A DNA stretch of 64,000 nt, from positions 13,638,352 through 13,702,351 of the forward strand of contig NC_092678.1 in assembly GCF_964355755.1 (NCBI RefSeq), written 5' to 3'. Origin of the DNA: Antedon mediterranea (taxonomy: Eukaryota > Animalia > Echinodermata). The notes under the pieces were generated by a model that searched no databases, had not been told where the DNA came from, and worked only from the letters and a program-made list of their open reading frames with translations. The translations under genes and the position numbers were made by a program. Of the stretch, positions 50,393-63,772 are shown piece after piece (position 1 is the first letter of the stretch; each line of letters opens with the position of its first letter).

Positions 50393-53290
50393 TAGTAGAG
50401 CAGTTAATGACATGAGCTGTGCATTTTATTACCAAAGCATGAAACTTGGCACAAAGTTTCTTTGATGTATATAGATTCAAAATATCTGGGGGTGCCAAGT
50501 GTCCAACGTCCGGTATGGCGGCCATCTTGATTTCAAAATGGCCACCATAAAAACAAAAAAATGTTCATATCTTGGCAACTATACACATTAGAGAATTAAT
50601 TTTTGTCTTAAATTGTTCACAAACTATATATTTCTCTTTGCTCTAATGAAAAGTTTCGTCCAAAAATGACCGGAAATGACGTTTCTTACAGTTTGACCTT
50701 TGACCTCGTATTTGTATATCTCTGTAACTACTGGTCATTTTCAATCGATTTTGGTGTCATTTTGTTCAGAATAAATACATTTATATTTGTAGTAATGAAA
50801 CATTTTCACATAAAATGACCGAAAATACAATTTATGACCTTTGACATTAATTTATTGATTTTTAATTATGTGAATATACTGTAGGTGGTTTTTGTTGGTC
50901 TAAAGTGCACCTAATTTTGAACTTACCCCTGATAAGCGTAATTATATTAAATAATTAATGGACTTAAATTGTATATAGTACATAAAATTGGTAAACATTG
51001 TGCTGGCACCTTCTGATTCGCTAAAAGTTTTAATAGTTTGACAGAGGAAATAACATACATGTTATTGAATACCGTAAAACCTCGAAAAGGTGATAGTATG
51101 AGCTTCTTTTCGAGAAAGACTGTATTTGATTGTCAAATGAATAGTATGATGATTGTGTTTATATAAATATATTATTAATGACCTTACAAAGAACACTGTC
51201 TATTTCAACAATTAAGCCACAGTTATTCTACAATTTATTGTTTTCCAAGTGGTAGGCCTATTTTGATTGCATCTTATTTTTGTATGCTTCCTCGTTTAAT
51301 ATGGTCCTAACCCTCCTTCTTTGTCTGTGGATAGTCTTATGCACCCTTCTTTGTCTGTGGATGGTTTTACACCCCTTTCTTTGTCTGTGGACGGTCTTAT
51401 ACCCCTTTCTTTGTCTTTGGATGGTCTTATACCCCCTTCTGTGTCTGTTGATGGTATTACACCTCTTTCTTTGTCTGTTGATGGTATTAAACCCCTTTCT
51501 TTGTGTGTGGATGGTCTTACACCCCTTCTTTGTCTGTGGGTGGCCTTACATCCCCTTCTTTGTCTGTGGATGGTCCGATGGTCCTATACCTCCATTTTTG
51601 TCTGTGGATGGTCTTACACCCCTTCTTTGTCTGTAAGTGGTCCTATACCCCTTTCTTTGTCAGTGGTGGATGGTCTTACACCCCCTTCTTTGTCTGTGGA
51701 CGGTTCTACACCCCCTTCTTTGTCTGTGGATGGTCTTACACCTCTTTCTTTTTCTGTGGACGGTCTTATACCCCCTTCTATGCCTGTGGGTGATCTTACA
51801 CCGCTTTCTTTGTCCATTGATGGTATTACACCCCTTTTTTGTATGTGGATGGTCTTATACACCCCTTTCTTTGTGTATGGATGGTCTTGCACTCCTTTAA
51901 TTTGTCTGTGGATGGTCTTACACCCCCTTCTTTGTCTGTGGATGGTCTTATACCCCCTTCTTTTGTCTGTGGATGGTCTTATATCCCCTTCTTTGTCTGT
52001 GGATGGTCTTCTCCCTTTCTTTGTCTGTGGATGGTCCTACACCCCTTATTTGTCTGTGGATGGTCTTATACCCTCTTCTTTGTCTGTAAGTGGTCCTATA
52101 CCCCTTTCTTTTTCAGTGGATGGTCTTGCACCCCCTTCTTTGTCTGTGGACGGTCCTACGCCCCCTTCTTTGTCTGTGGATGGTCATATACCCCTTTTTT
52201 TGTCAGTGGATGGTCTTACATCCCCTTCTTTGTCTGTGGATGGTATTAAACCCCTTTCTTTGTATGTGGATGGTCTTACAACCCCTTCTTTGTCTGTGGA
52301 TGGTCTTACACCCCCTTCTTTGTCTGGACCCACTACTTTGATTGATGAAATTAGACATTGTTTCTTGTATGATTAGGAAACCAAGACCTTTAAAGTGAAA
52401 GTTCACAGGTGGATGCCTAGGTCTTGTACAGAACAGTATATTGTAGGTCCATGTCACTAATTTGAGGATTACTTGAATAATTATATTTAGATGTCTTTTA
52501 CGAATTGATTTAGTTCGGATTTTGCTAAAAAATCAATGACTAGAGAAAATCAAGGAAAAGGATTCAGATGAAAGGTTTACAGCAAAGGCCTATTACCATA
52601 AAAATGGAGTAAATTTTTTTAGATGCAACGAAAAAACGATTGACACATCACAGTTTAGCAAACATGTCGGCATAGATGAGCTCAGTGATCTGTCATACTT
52701 TATGCCTATCCTATCACATCAAAAGTTAAAAATTCAGAATAATAATTCCGTGTCATTTATTTCGGTAAAAAAATTAGGTGCATTTATACCAATTAAACCA
52801 CATACAGTATGTTCACATAATTATATATGTCAAAGGTTATAAATTGTATTTCCAGTAATTTTATGTGAAAATGTTTCATTACTACAAATATAAATGTCTC
52901 TATTCTGAACAAAATGACACCAAAATCGATTGAAAATTATCAGTAGTTACTGAGATATACAGATAAGAGGTCAAAGGTCAAACTGGAAGAAACGTCATTT
53001 CCGGTCATTTTTGGACGAAACTTTTCATTAGAGCAAATAGAAATATGTGGTTTGTGAACAATTTAACACCAGAATCAAGTCTCTACTGTTTATAGTTGCC
53101 AAGATATGAACACTTTTTGTTTTTATGGTGGCCATTTTGAAATCAAGATGGCCGCCATACCGGACGTTGGACACTTGGCACCCCCAGATATTTTGAATCT
53201 ATATACATCAAAGAAACTTTGTGGAAAGTTTCATGCTTTGGTAATAAAGTGCACAACTTGGCTATTTTTATGGCGTTAACTGCTCTACTA
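50393..53290. mobile_element. Academ-like non-autonomous element inserted in the Gypsy RT
   Basis: TAGTAGAGCAGTTAA...TTAACTGCTCTACTA, ~500-bp inverted arms, 3-bp TSD GAT (50390-50392, 53291-53293). Removal restores DDEKHHDNVIAKV in frame. Confidence 0.93.
51300..52330. repeat. ~30-bp minisatellite, over 30 copies
   Basis: Unit CCCCCTTCTTTGTCTGTGGATGGTCTTACA. Confidence 0.97.
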
Positions 53291-54617
53291 GATGCTTTTC
53301 ATCGTCATCGGTAGCAATTATCATGTCATCAGAAATTACAAATACATTATCAATACCTCCAAATATTTGTTCGTTTCCCTTTTGAACAACCTCACTGGCA
53401 CTATATAGACCAAAGGGAAATCTTTTAAATGAATACCTCCCAAATGGTGTGTTGAAGGTGCACAACTCAGTGCTGTGCTCCGTTAATGGTATTTGCCAGT
53501 ATGCATCTTTCATATCTATGTGCGTGAACAATTTACGCCCTGACAATTTACTTATTACATCCTCTGTTGTAGGAATCATGTGATGCTCTCTTTTAATTTC
53601 CCTGTTCAAATCTTTAGGGTCGAGGCATAGCCTCAGAGAACCGTCCTTCTTTTCTACAACTACTAAACTACTCACCCAGTCAGTGGGCTGATTAGTGCGT
53701 GAGATTACGCCTTGGCGTTCCATCTCGTCTAATTTGTTTCTTAATTTATCATGTAAACTTATTGGTACTCTCCGGGGTGGATGCACGACCGGTACGGCGC
53801 CCTCTTTAATCTTAATGTTGTATGGTTCGCCCATGCAACCCAGTCCCTCAAAATTCTTTGAGTATTTACTCATTAAATCATCCATTTTGATTGAATCTAC
53901 ATTGCGGTTAATGATGCCTAATGCTGTGCTCGAACTTAGTCCAAGAATAGGTGGACTATCTACCTCAGTAATGAAAAATTCATGAGCACTTGTTTGCATG
54001 CCATCGTTCCGTGAAATCTTCAAACTCACCACACCACAGTGTGGGATTACAGTACTGTAACTGTACAACTTGGCTTTACTCTCATTGACTTTCGTCTTAA
54101 TATCTAATTTCTTAAATAAGCTCTTAGGAATGCAGTTTACATTCGCTCCTGTATCTACCTTGACATTGATTAAATGTGTGTTGTTAACCTTTATCTTATA
54201 CAACCACATGTCATTAGTGTTTCTCCCAACACTATCAATATAAAAACTACCAAATGTTAAAGACATATCGTCTTCTTCTACAAGGTATTTACTATCAGAT
54301 GTACATTCATTAGCATTGATACTGTCAATTTTCTTATTAAACTTAGATGGATTAAAATTATAATTACGCTTACCACTACTACCAACACCATTCTGTCTGC
54401 CTGGACACAATGTCAATCTACTGAAGTGTCCCAAGCGATTACATTTTCTACAGCGTTCGTTCCAGGCTGGGCATTGCCTTGGTGGATGTTTACGCATACA
54501 ATTCGCGTGAACTTCGCGTTCGCTATGGTTACGTGTACGCGGCTTGTCGCTGTACTGTTGTTTGTGCTTCATGCTGCCTGCGTGTGTGTGGCTTTTCTTT
54601 ACTTCATTTACACTAGC
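53291..54617 (-). pseudogene. Gypsy gag C-terminus (CCHC), protease and RT N-terminal part
   Basis: CRKCNRLGHFSR, KVDTGANVN, LRLCLDP, DAYWQ, FNTPFGRY, PFGL, ISDD. Confidence 0.95.
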
Positions 54618-54760
54618 TTTATTTTTATTTATTTATTTTTTATTTATTAAGGTATAAAAACATCAAATTCCAACCAGCAGCAAGAGCTGAAAAGGTTGGA
54701 TTACAATCAACTGAGAAATAAAATACATCAAAGAAGATCAAAACTAAACATTAAACTTAA
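54618..54760 (-). mobile_element. Short insertion in gag, probably a 5'-truncated LINE 3' end
   Basis: Non-gag sequence ending in an (AAAT)n/A-rich tail on the minus strand; gag frame resumes ASVNEVKKS. Boundaries approximate. Confidence 0.55.
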
Positions 54761-54870
54761 AGGATTATCAGACATTATCAGTGTCAATTCTCGCTTAGAA
54801 CTCTCATAATTACGCATACGTTTGACTACAGTCTCTAAAGATGCGTTACCATCATCTCCCATAACCTTAA

Positions 54871-55496
54871 AGACCCCTTCCCTGCAATTTTGGACGTTTT
54901 TTGGAAAATAATACATATATATCACTTTAAAAACATTAAACCATGTCTTTCCTTGTCTTAAATGTACGTTTTATGGTAAATTATGATAAAAACTGAGAAA
55001 CAATGCACTACCTAAGTAGCTCGCGGCGATCGACCTCTCGTGGACGGTCTCAGGCCTAGCCTAGCTAGGCTTAGTTTTGTAGGCCTAGCTGGTAAACATC
55101 GGTAACGTACGAACATCGTACGCTAGCTATATACCTAGCCTGACGTTGTATAGTTGCTGCATTAATTATCTTTCTATTTTTGCCAGACTCCGTTGATACA
55201 AATTGGGGGAAACCCGGTATTTTCGCTGAAAAGTTAGGAGTCTTCCATTTGTTTTGGCTTCACGATCGATCGAAAAGTGGGCGAATTACAGGTGAAAAAC
55301 AACAATATCAATCCGCGCGCAATGCATTTTGGGATTTATAGCGGGCCGCTATAATTATTAAAATCGATTTATTTTTCACATTTTTAACCGTTTAAAGACG
55401 AAAAAAGTTATCGCAATAGGACCATATAGTATTATTTTTACATTAAATATAGTTTGTGATCTTAAATTAGATCTAAAAAACGTAGGGAATGGGGCT
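54871..55496 (-). mobile_element. Kolobok-like MITE inserted in gag
   Basis: TTAA TSD (54867-54870, 55497-55500), imperfect TIRs AGACCCCTTCCCTGC / GTAGGGAATGGGGCT. Removal restores ATMKLKVMGDDG. Confidence 0.9.
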
Positions 55497-55950
55497 TTAA
55501 GTTTCATTGTTGCGTCTGAGATCCCGAAAAATAATTTATCTCTTAAAATTGCGTTTACGTCCTGAAATTTGCAGTCGTCGGCCATTGTTCTCAAATCGTT
55601 CATGTATTCATCTAAACCTTGCCCTTCTCTGGTCGTTGATACGACCAAAATTTGGCTCGCATGGCCATGACTGGATCTCTCTTTTTACAGTAGTTCTCAA
55701 ACTTGGTTAATACATTGTCATAATTATCTTTTGACTCACCCTCAACATATGTAAAATTGTTGAAAATTTCAAGCCCTCGTTTTTCGAGCACCGTGAGCAG
55801 GATCGCTATTTTCGTTTTATCGCCCTTGCCGTTTGAATCGGTGGCTGTCATGAATAAATCGAAGCGCTGCTTCCATCGTTTCCACTGCGTGTAAATGCTT
55901 GGCCCATCAAAATCAAAACTTTCAGGGGTCTTAAACCTGAATGATTCCAT
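55497..55950 (-). pseudogene. Gypsy gag N-terminal part
   Basis: MESFRFKTPESFDF..WKRWKQRF..LTKFENYC, then a frameshift to EGQGLDEYMNDLRTMADDCKF..LRDKLFFGI. Confidence 0.9.
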
Positions 55951-55978
55951 TGCAAATTATTTTATACAATAAAATGCA

Positions 55979-55993
55979 CCACTTCTGACACCA
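55979..55993 (-). other. Primer binding site, tRNA-Leu type
   Basis: TGGTGTCAGAAGTGG directly after the 5' LTR, complementary to the 3' end of tRNA-Leu(CAA). Confidence 0.88.
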
Positions 55994-56162
55994 TGTGACG
56001 TTGTTAAACGTATATATTGCAATTATTAGTTGCAAGAAATAAAATGACAGACGACTATAATGAGATCAATGAGAGAGAGTGTAACTTTTATTCAAAGCAT
56101 GCTGGGAACTCCTGACTGTGACGTCATACACACATATATTTGATATAGATAGATATGTGACA
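55994..56162 (-). repeat. 5' LTR (169 bp)
   Basis: Matches 31899-32067. Confidence 0.97.
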
Positions 56163-58407
56163 GAAACCGAAGCTAATACAATACATTCGGCGACTGAAGT
56201 CGGGACTCGTGAAATTTATAAATGTGGTACGATTTGACTACTGTTTTGTTGTCCATTTTCTGAATAGTCGGAGGTGCATCCCAACAAATTAAAAAAATTA
56301 TAATCAATTGTTTTATCAAGAATAATATTAGTTTAATCGAGTATGATATATTTCTATCCTGTTCAAAATTTGTTGGTGTATTCTCAGGCCTCGAAAGGTA
56401 GGTACATTTTCTAGCTGTGAGCGTGGTTTCGGCAACGCGAGACACGTGTGTCAGTATAGGCGATAGCGAGACGTGTGTTGTACTGTGTTGATGCTGATCC
56501 GATAGTCGTTAAGTTGTACTGATTACGAGTATCATTGGTCCTGGCCGGCCTAGCCTGGTGGTCTGATCCCCGCAAAAAAAAAATACTTTTTTTCAATTAG
56601 TATTAATATTATTATTTTATTTTTCATTTATTATTTGATTTATTAGGCTCAATAGATGCCTAGCAGGCTTCTAGTACTAGTAGGCCTAGATTATATAAAT
56701 AATAATAGTAAATAAATACTGTAATTTAATTAATAAAATACAGCTTCCATTTGCCTTACTTTTATGTCATCATATAATATTATAATTATAATAATATATA
56801 CAACCAGACATTAACGTTTTTTTTAAATAATATTTATTATTTTTTCTGACACTTTCAGGAATCGTTGATGATGCAGAGTTCTTTGTCTTTGTGACTTCAA
56901 ACTGAGAGTGAAGTGGATAAAAAGATGACACCGGTACCTACCGACATTGTCATACCCAAACTATAATTTAATTAATAACAAAATGTTGAATTACAAATAA
57001 TATATGTATGTTGCAGAGGATTTAGATGAATTACAATACAAATATTTATGTTGAATGAAAACTATACTCTGTAAATTATGTTATTGTCATGTGGTAGACC
57101 TTAAAAATTGAATATTTATTGTATGTTAGGCCTATTTTATATTTTATTAATACTGTATTAGTTTAATATTACTATTATTATAATTTATATTATACAGTAC
57201 TACTAGTTTGTACATGTTTTTACCCAAAAAAAATGAATAAATAATTTGTTATTCAATCTAATTGCTTGTTTGTTCATCAATAACAAAACAATTGTAAGCA
57301 AGTATATAACAGTTCTTGTTAGCCGCTTATTTCAGGTCATATTATTAATATTAGCTAGGCCCGACGCGCCCGATCACAACGTCACTAAGTGACTTTCCGC
57401 CCCTGGAACAATCGGTCGCTAATAGGGCTAGGCCTCAAACTCGTATAAAAGCTATTATAATAGTTATGATAAATATTCCTCAACTAAAATGTATACTGTG
57501 ATAAATAAACAAGTAATAATATACGTTGTATTGGAATGTATTTATTTATATGAATTCTTATACGCGGACAATTATAAACATCGCGTATATCGTTCGATAT
57601 AAATAAATTCATAAACACGATGACGATGTGTTTACAAAATGGCGGTTTCGCTAGTTTTCGATGGAACAAATAGTGGTACCTTTAGTTTGAATAGTCGGAG
57701 CTGCATCCCAACCACCGAATTTTGTATCTTAATATCGTATTCTGTAGATTATTAATTTTCTAACAGGGATTTTAAATTCAGGACTGTTCAATTTTTCTAA
57801 ATATTTTATTTTAATGATTTTCTAGGGTACAATTTCGAAAAAAAGACATTGGTTGATTTTGCCGTTAAATTACAGATTATCGTTTTGTTCAAATACATTT
57901 AATTTTACATGACAATATATTAAAACCATTTATGAATTTATTTCACTAACAATATTTTTCCGATAATCAGCTAAATTTACAAATATTATGTTTTTTCCAA
58001 CACCCTAAAATTTAGCAATTTTGAACTAAATTAGAAAAGTAGGGCGCCCTCTCCGAGTCGAAATTTGACACGATTTGTCGACTGGCTGTCCCACTGATAA
58101 ATTATTCCCAATACAAGTTTGTATTCTAGAAAGAAAAAACGACTGTGTTGACAGGCCAATGACATAAATCACAAGTAAAGTCCCAATTGTTCACTTGCGT
58201 TTTGATTGGCCGAACTATTATATTAGATTAATGAAGACTGTCCAGTCAAAAAGTTACGCGGCGTTTTTTGTAAGAAATATTTCTTGTTTATCACAAGAAT
58301 TGAAGAAGAAAGTGTAAGGCGGCAGGGCCTACTACTAGCCTAGCTACTACTACTGCTAGGCCTACTAGCCTAGGCCTAGAAGTATTAGGCCTAGCCGAGG
58401 CTACTAC

Positions 58408-58826
58408 CAAAGAACTTATAACACAAGAATCTCCTGTTCTTCAATTTGCATTCAAAACACAGTATCGGAAGTACAGGGTTAAAAGGTCAAACTGGGCGAC
58501 GCCATTTCACAGCATGGAGCAGCGCCCCCTCCAAACTAGGAAGTCAATTACTCTACCCCCCTCCCCTCCCCCTAGAGTATTAGCAGATCCCCTCTATGAT
58601 TTTGACTTTCTAATTTGATGCGGGTGCCCTATCCTCAGTCAATTACTCTATCCCCCCTAGAGCATTAGCAGATCCCCTCTATGATTTTGACTTTCTAATT
58701 TGATGCGGGCGCCCTACTCCATGGCTCACAATGGCGCCACCCATAGCTCTATTCTATCCCACAATGCCTTTCAAAATTGTTACGCGCTTCGGACGAACAG
58801 GAGATTCTTGTGTTATAAGTTCTTTG
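58408..58826. mobile_element. MITE, P-element-like ends
   Basis: TIR CAAAGAACTTATAACACAAGAATCTCCTGTTC; 7-bp TSD CTACTAC; internal tandem duplication of about 90 bp. Confidence 0.85.
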
Positions 58827-59836
58827 CTACTACCGGAACCTCCTAGGCTAGGCGGCTACCTGGCCTAGGCCAGGCCTTGTCTTTTGAAAATTGTAGCTGA
58901 CTGTGTGCTACAAATGGCACTCCTGAATACATTTTCAGGGGTGCTGCATGTGTGACGTTTGTATTTTGGTGTGTACTGTGTGTAGAAGTTGACCAAATTT
59001 ATTATTTAAGTGTGTTTTAAATCACTCCCGGCAGTTAAGCCAAGGCCTAGCTAGCCTAGTAGGCCCTAGGCCCTAGCCTACCTAGGCCTATGCCTAGGCC
59101 TATACGTACGGTAGTAGGGGAGTGATTGCACTCGCTCGCCTCGTTCACGGACGAATTCCGATCGGGCCTAGGCCTAGACCATCAGCTTCACGCACGGACG
59201 ATCAGGTTTAACCGTTTTAACTAGGCCTAGGCATTTTATTTTTATGTCATTTATTTTCCCTATAATATGGTTAAATTATTATCCAACTGTGATTGTGAAT
59301 CTTTATATATTTGTTTTAATAATTATGGTAACACACAATCGGACATTAGATTAATACTAATATACTATAGTGGGATCTATAGTGAATGGTGACTACTTCT
59401 TCGCATGCAGCTAAAGTAAAATGACGTCACGTTAAAGTGGGTCGTCACAGAGTCTCATGCATATTTAATGAAGCGAACTTGCTGAGAGTTTTTTCCACCA
59501 CACACACACACACACACACGCGACGCGAGATTTATCGAAAATATACAACAAAATATAATTGTTTTCACTGCTGAGGATAATAAATAATATACTTTAATTT
59601 TAACATGACAGGAGAGCCTAGATACTTCCAGTGCGAATACAAAATAATAATAATGTACAATATTAGTATGTATTTTCAAATGCTGCAAGACATGAGGCCC
59701 GAATTAGGCTAGGCCTCCTACTGTCTGTAGTGGCAGCGCAGTGCATACCTGAGAGCTAGGGTGGGTGGGAAGTTAGCTAGTATGCTGGGTTAGTATCTGC
59801 ACAATGCCACGCGGTAACGATGAAGGGGAGGATATG

Positions 59837-60596
59837 GGCGCTACTGCAGTTTCGCACCACACTGTTATATCTTCGATTTCTTGCTTCATTTTTTTCTCGC
59901 ACTCACATCATACAATTTTGGGCCATTATGTAACATGTTCCCATGATTTAGCCACCGTTATATTACCTTTATCACAATAAAAAAATGCCTTTCAAAACAG
60001 CTCCTTTTTTCGCGAAAACTTCGATTGAACTGTGGCCATTTTAGATTCAGAAAATTGCCAGAAATCAATGTATGTTTTATTTTCTGCTTTTATTTTTAAA
60101 CTGCAAAGAGTGGTTTTATAAAGAACCAGCTGTACATTATCAAAACGGCGACGATATGAGTCCGTACATAAAACATTGATAGGAACCATTAATATAAATA
60201 ATAATAGTAATACTAATAATTAAATATTAATTTAACCTTTATTTCGCCAGCTGAAAACATTTCTTGCTTTTCAAAACTAAATAGGGTAGGCCTATATGTG
60301 TAATCGGATTTTATAACACTGCCCTCTATAGTTTTGGAAATTTGGGGTAAAATGAAGCATAAATTCTGGCAATTAAGTGATAAATATAAGGTGGCCAACA
60401 TTTCGCAGTGTGTTGACAGCGAGTTCAGTATTGTTTAAAATGTTTTGAAATGTATTGTTATTTTTAAAAAATTACTTCGTAAGTGGTCGAATCGTATAAA
60501 CATGTTACATAATAATATTATGTTGTGAGTGTAAAAAACGAAAGTTGAGGTGAGAAATCGAAGATATGACTGTGTGGTGCGAACTGCAGTAGCGCC
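59837..60596. mobile_element. Merlin-like MITE
   Basis: TIR GGCGCTACTGCAGTT(T)CGCACCACAC; 8-bp TSD AGGATATG. Confidence 0.88.
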
Positions 60597-60708
60597 AGGA
60601 TATGGATGGCCTGATAGTGGGTAGTGTATACTGTATTTTACTTGTCTTTAGTTAGGCCGCTAGTGAGTAGGTATCATAGAAAGTCTGTCTATAGGGCTAG
60701 GCATCTAA

Positions 60709-61542
60709 AGCCCCTTTCTCACAGAGCTGAGTGCCAGGAATATTGCGGGAATATACCATTACCATGCCGGTATGGTTTTCTGTGAGAATGGGTCTTCTTG
60801 GCATCATGCCGGCACCATGCCGGCATCGACATGACCTGCTTTAGACCTAGTAATATTCTAGGGATATTCCCCGCAATGCCAGACGGGCATTCTGTGAGAA
60901 CGTAACGCCGTTATATTCCGGGGTTCCCTGTCGAGGCTTCAGACACCTTGCGCAGTCAAGTGTATCACTTTGGCGCCGATTCAATTCAATTAACAATAAT
61001 AATTTCGAACTGGAGGGATAATGAGATAAGATTGCTGCTTAAAATAAGGGGACAAGAAGAAATTTGTAGCATAATCTATATAGCAGGCCTAGGCCATATA
61101 GGCCTAGCTCTTTGTTGGTGCCTAACTTAACTAGCCTGACCCTTCGTCGCCTTGTAAATTGTACAGCCTTCTAAGGTGTTTTACAGATTGCCGATGACGG
61201 CTAATTAATTGCTGTACCTGTATAATATATGCACAATATACTGTACATAGCATGTATTGCATAAATATGCTACAAAGGAAGATAATAATCTGTAACCTAA
61301 CATTCGCCGCCATATATCCCTAGACAAATAATAATAACAATAAAGGACGCCCTCAATAATTATTTTGTAAGAGACTTTTTATTGGCCGAATATGCCCGAC
61401 TCCTTTCTCACAGAAAGCCGGTATATACCGGTTATATTTCCGGCATGATAGTCCGATGAGAATGGGTATATGCCGGTAACGATACCGGCACGACGCCAGC
61501 ACTGTACCGGTATATTGCAGACACATCTGTGAGAAAGGGGCT
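60709..61542. mobile_element. PIF/Harbinger deletion derivative
   Basis: TIR AGCCCCTTTCTCACAGA; TSD TAA; remnant NWRDNEIRLLLKIRGQEEI (~61006-61065) resembles the Myb/SANT-like protein of Harbingers. Confidence 0.88.
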
Positions 61543-61561
61543 TAAGCCAAATGGGTCGAAT

Positions 61562-62209
61562 CAGCCGCGTAACAAGGGGGTCTTGTCAGGGGGGGCAAAG
61601 AGGGAAAAAGCCTTCCAGACACGAAGTACTTGAGCCACAGCCCCTCCCCCCCATGGCGGGGGGTACGATCCCCCGATCTCCCCCTGGTTACGGGCCTGTG
61701 AAAGATTGAGTATTGGAGTGACAGCCAGCCACGAAAGTACGTTCGTTTTGCTGATCGCTAGCGCGTTACATACGATTAGTAGGAGTGTATTTTTTTAAGG
61801 TGGCCTCACACGCACAGCACAGCGTCACCATTGTGTATGAGATGCCCGCGATGGCGGCTTAGATAAAAGACGCCAAAAACCACAGTCAACTGACCGCATG
61901 TTAATGTACTGATAAGCAGTGCGTCTTCCCACGAGTTGTCAGTCAGGATTTTGTGTATTTCATATCATCTTACTTGAATATCATACTGTACTGTGACTCA
62001 TTTGACTCATTTGAAGCCATATCATATATCGTATATTTTATTCTTATCTTATATCTTATATTTTCTTTCTTTTTCTTTCTTCTATCCTTTCTTTGTATTT
62101 TATTTTTTTGACTTGTTACCCAGCCCGATCGAACGCTTCTCAACCCGGTAAAATCCGCCAGGGGGGTATTCCGCCCCCCCCCCCTGCTCCCCCGCCTGTT
62201 ACGCCACTG
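61562..62209. mobile_element. hAT-like MITE
   Basis: Ends CAGCCGCGTAACA / TGTTACGCCACTG; 8-bp TSD GGTCGAAT. Confidence 0.82.
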
Positions 62210-63699
62210 GGTCGAATAAACAACTATATTTAATCTGCTTCTTTGTTATCTGGAACAATATCGGATTATTTTCTGTACCACCGATCGCACCATCATTAAT
62301 CACTCTGAAAACATTTTGTAAAATCATGAGCGCACAAGAAGCAGAGACAAAACACCCTTTTGCATATGCGTGAAACTCTGTGACGACACGCTTTAACGTG
62401 ACGTCATTTTACTTTAGCTGCATGCGAAGAAGTAGTCACCATAGTGAATAGGCTAGGGGGGTTCGGCTAGGGGGGTTCGGCTAGGGCCTACAGTAGTAGG
62501 ACTAGCCTACCCAGGGAGTTGTTAATTCTCATAGAATAGGCCTACCTAGGCCTATATGACATGGAATTCATAATGTAGTGAGTACTGAATTTGATTGATT
62601 GATACTGTATGTGATGTACTGTATCTATGTGCCTACTGTATCTAGGCTTAGGCCTATACTCTTTCCAAATATAAAATAAAAGTTGGGTGTTTACTTCGGT
62701 CGTCTTTTGAGAGGCTTGGAATACCCACAAAGACACCCTTTAACAACATAGCCTCATATATAGGCCTATTATTAATTGTTATTAAAAAGATGCTTAGTAT
62801 TTATAAAATAATATATTATATTATATTTCACCAGGTAGGCCACAGAAAAAGTGTGTATGGTTTTATTTTAAGCCTAGCACTATTATAGTACTAGAGCAGT
62901 AACCTGTGCTCCGTCTGCCTTAATATTTGGTTATACAGTACTAATACGCATGGGATTAGTAAGTACTGTATTAATATCCCTGATAAAAGTACGCTGACAA
63001 ACTATTGTATCAAGAATAAAATTCGGAACTATTTACAGTCATTGATTTTTTATTCCTTCACCTTGAAATGTCTGTAAATTTAAAAATGAAAGCAATACTG
63101 GGTGGAACTTCATTGTCTTACACACAGTAGGAATTTACAAAAATAAAAGACAATAAAGATAAATTGTGCTGTGTGAACATTAATCTAGGGTGCGCATTAG
63201 AAAGTGACAACGTGCATGTACATGTCGAATAGGAGGGTAAGAAGCAAATAAGAGGGACATGCATGTTCAACTCTATCAATCAGACAGCATGTTAATGTTA
63301 AAATATGAATTGCTAATTTATAGAATTAAGATATGAGGTATTGGAATAATAATAAAACTACAGCTGCTTACGGACTTGAAATCAACACACAAAAGTGCAT
63401 GATGGTTGTAGTCGAAATTAGATGATGCGCGCTGAAACTAAATAAAATACAGTATAAAATGTATTTGTGGTTTGATGTGTATGCAATGGGTCACCATAAA
63501 ATAAAAAAGTGGAATAGAAACTAAATTTCTGCCTAAATTATACAAATGACCTCATATTGCTCACAATTGATAATTTTAAATAATCTGTTTTCCATAATTG
63601 TGGTGTTTTTTTTGTGTAGTGATAATTTTTATTCATTTACATTTTTTTAAATTTTGATGGTTTTTGACATTTTGCATTTATTTTATTATTTACAAATTT

Positions 63700-63772
63700 C
63701 GCAAATTCGAACTCGACTGTACTAACTGAGTGAGTATTGATATCAATAGTCTTTACTCACTGAGCTAACCAT
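63700..63772 (-). repeat. Possible tRNA-derived SINE head
   Basis: Minus strand TAGCTCAGTGAG (A-box-like) and GAGTTCGAAT (B-box-like). Confidence 0.3.

Larger units (their letters stand above)
31899..56162 (-). mobile_element. Ty3/Gypsy LTR retrotransposon (Mag-like) expanded to 24.3 kb by four nested insertions
   Basis: Two 169-bp TG..CA LTRs, 5-bp TSD GAAAC (31894-31898, 56163-56167), PBS, PPT, and gag-PR-RT-RH-IN order on the minus strand. Confidence 0.97.
31652..58096. mobile_element. Unclassified TIR element (~2.2 kb of its own sequence) hosting the whole Gypsy composite
   Basis: Ends CAGTGGGAAAGCCA / TGGCTGTCCCACTG with further subterminal similarity (AAATCGTGT..AAAT..CGACT) and 4-bp TSD ATAA (31648-31651, 58097-58100). 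Confidence 0.6.
59388..62440. mobile_element. MULE/Merlin-like non-autonomous element containing three nested MITEs
   Basis: ~65-bp TIR GGTGACTACTTCTTCGCATGCAGCTAAAG...; 9-bp TSD ATAGTGAAT. Confidence 0.88.

Noticed and set aside
50393-50525. Novel N-terminus on the RT/RNase H ORF
   Set aside because: It is read-through from the TIR of the inserted Academ-like element.
51280-52457. Repetitive ORFs (LSVDGLTP, LCLWMV) and a CRISPR-like look
   Set aside because: Translations of a ~30-bp minisatellite with no unique spacers and no cas genes; eukaryotic context.
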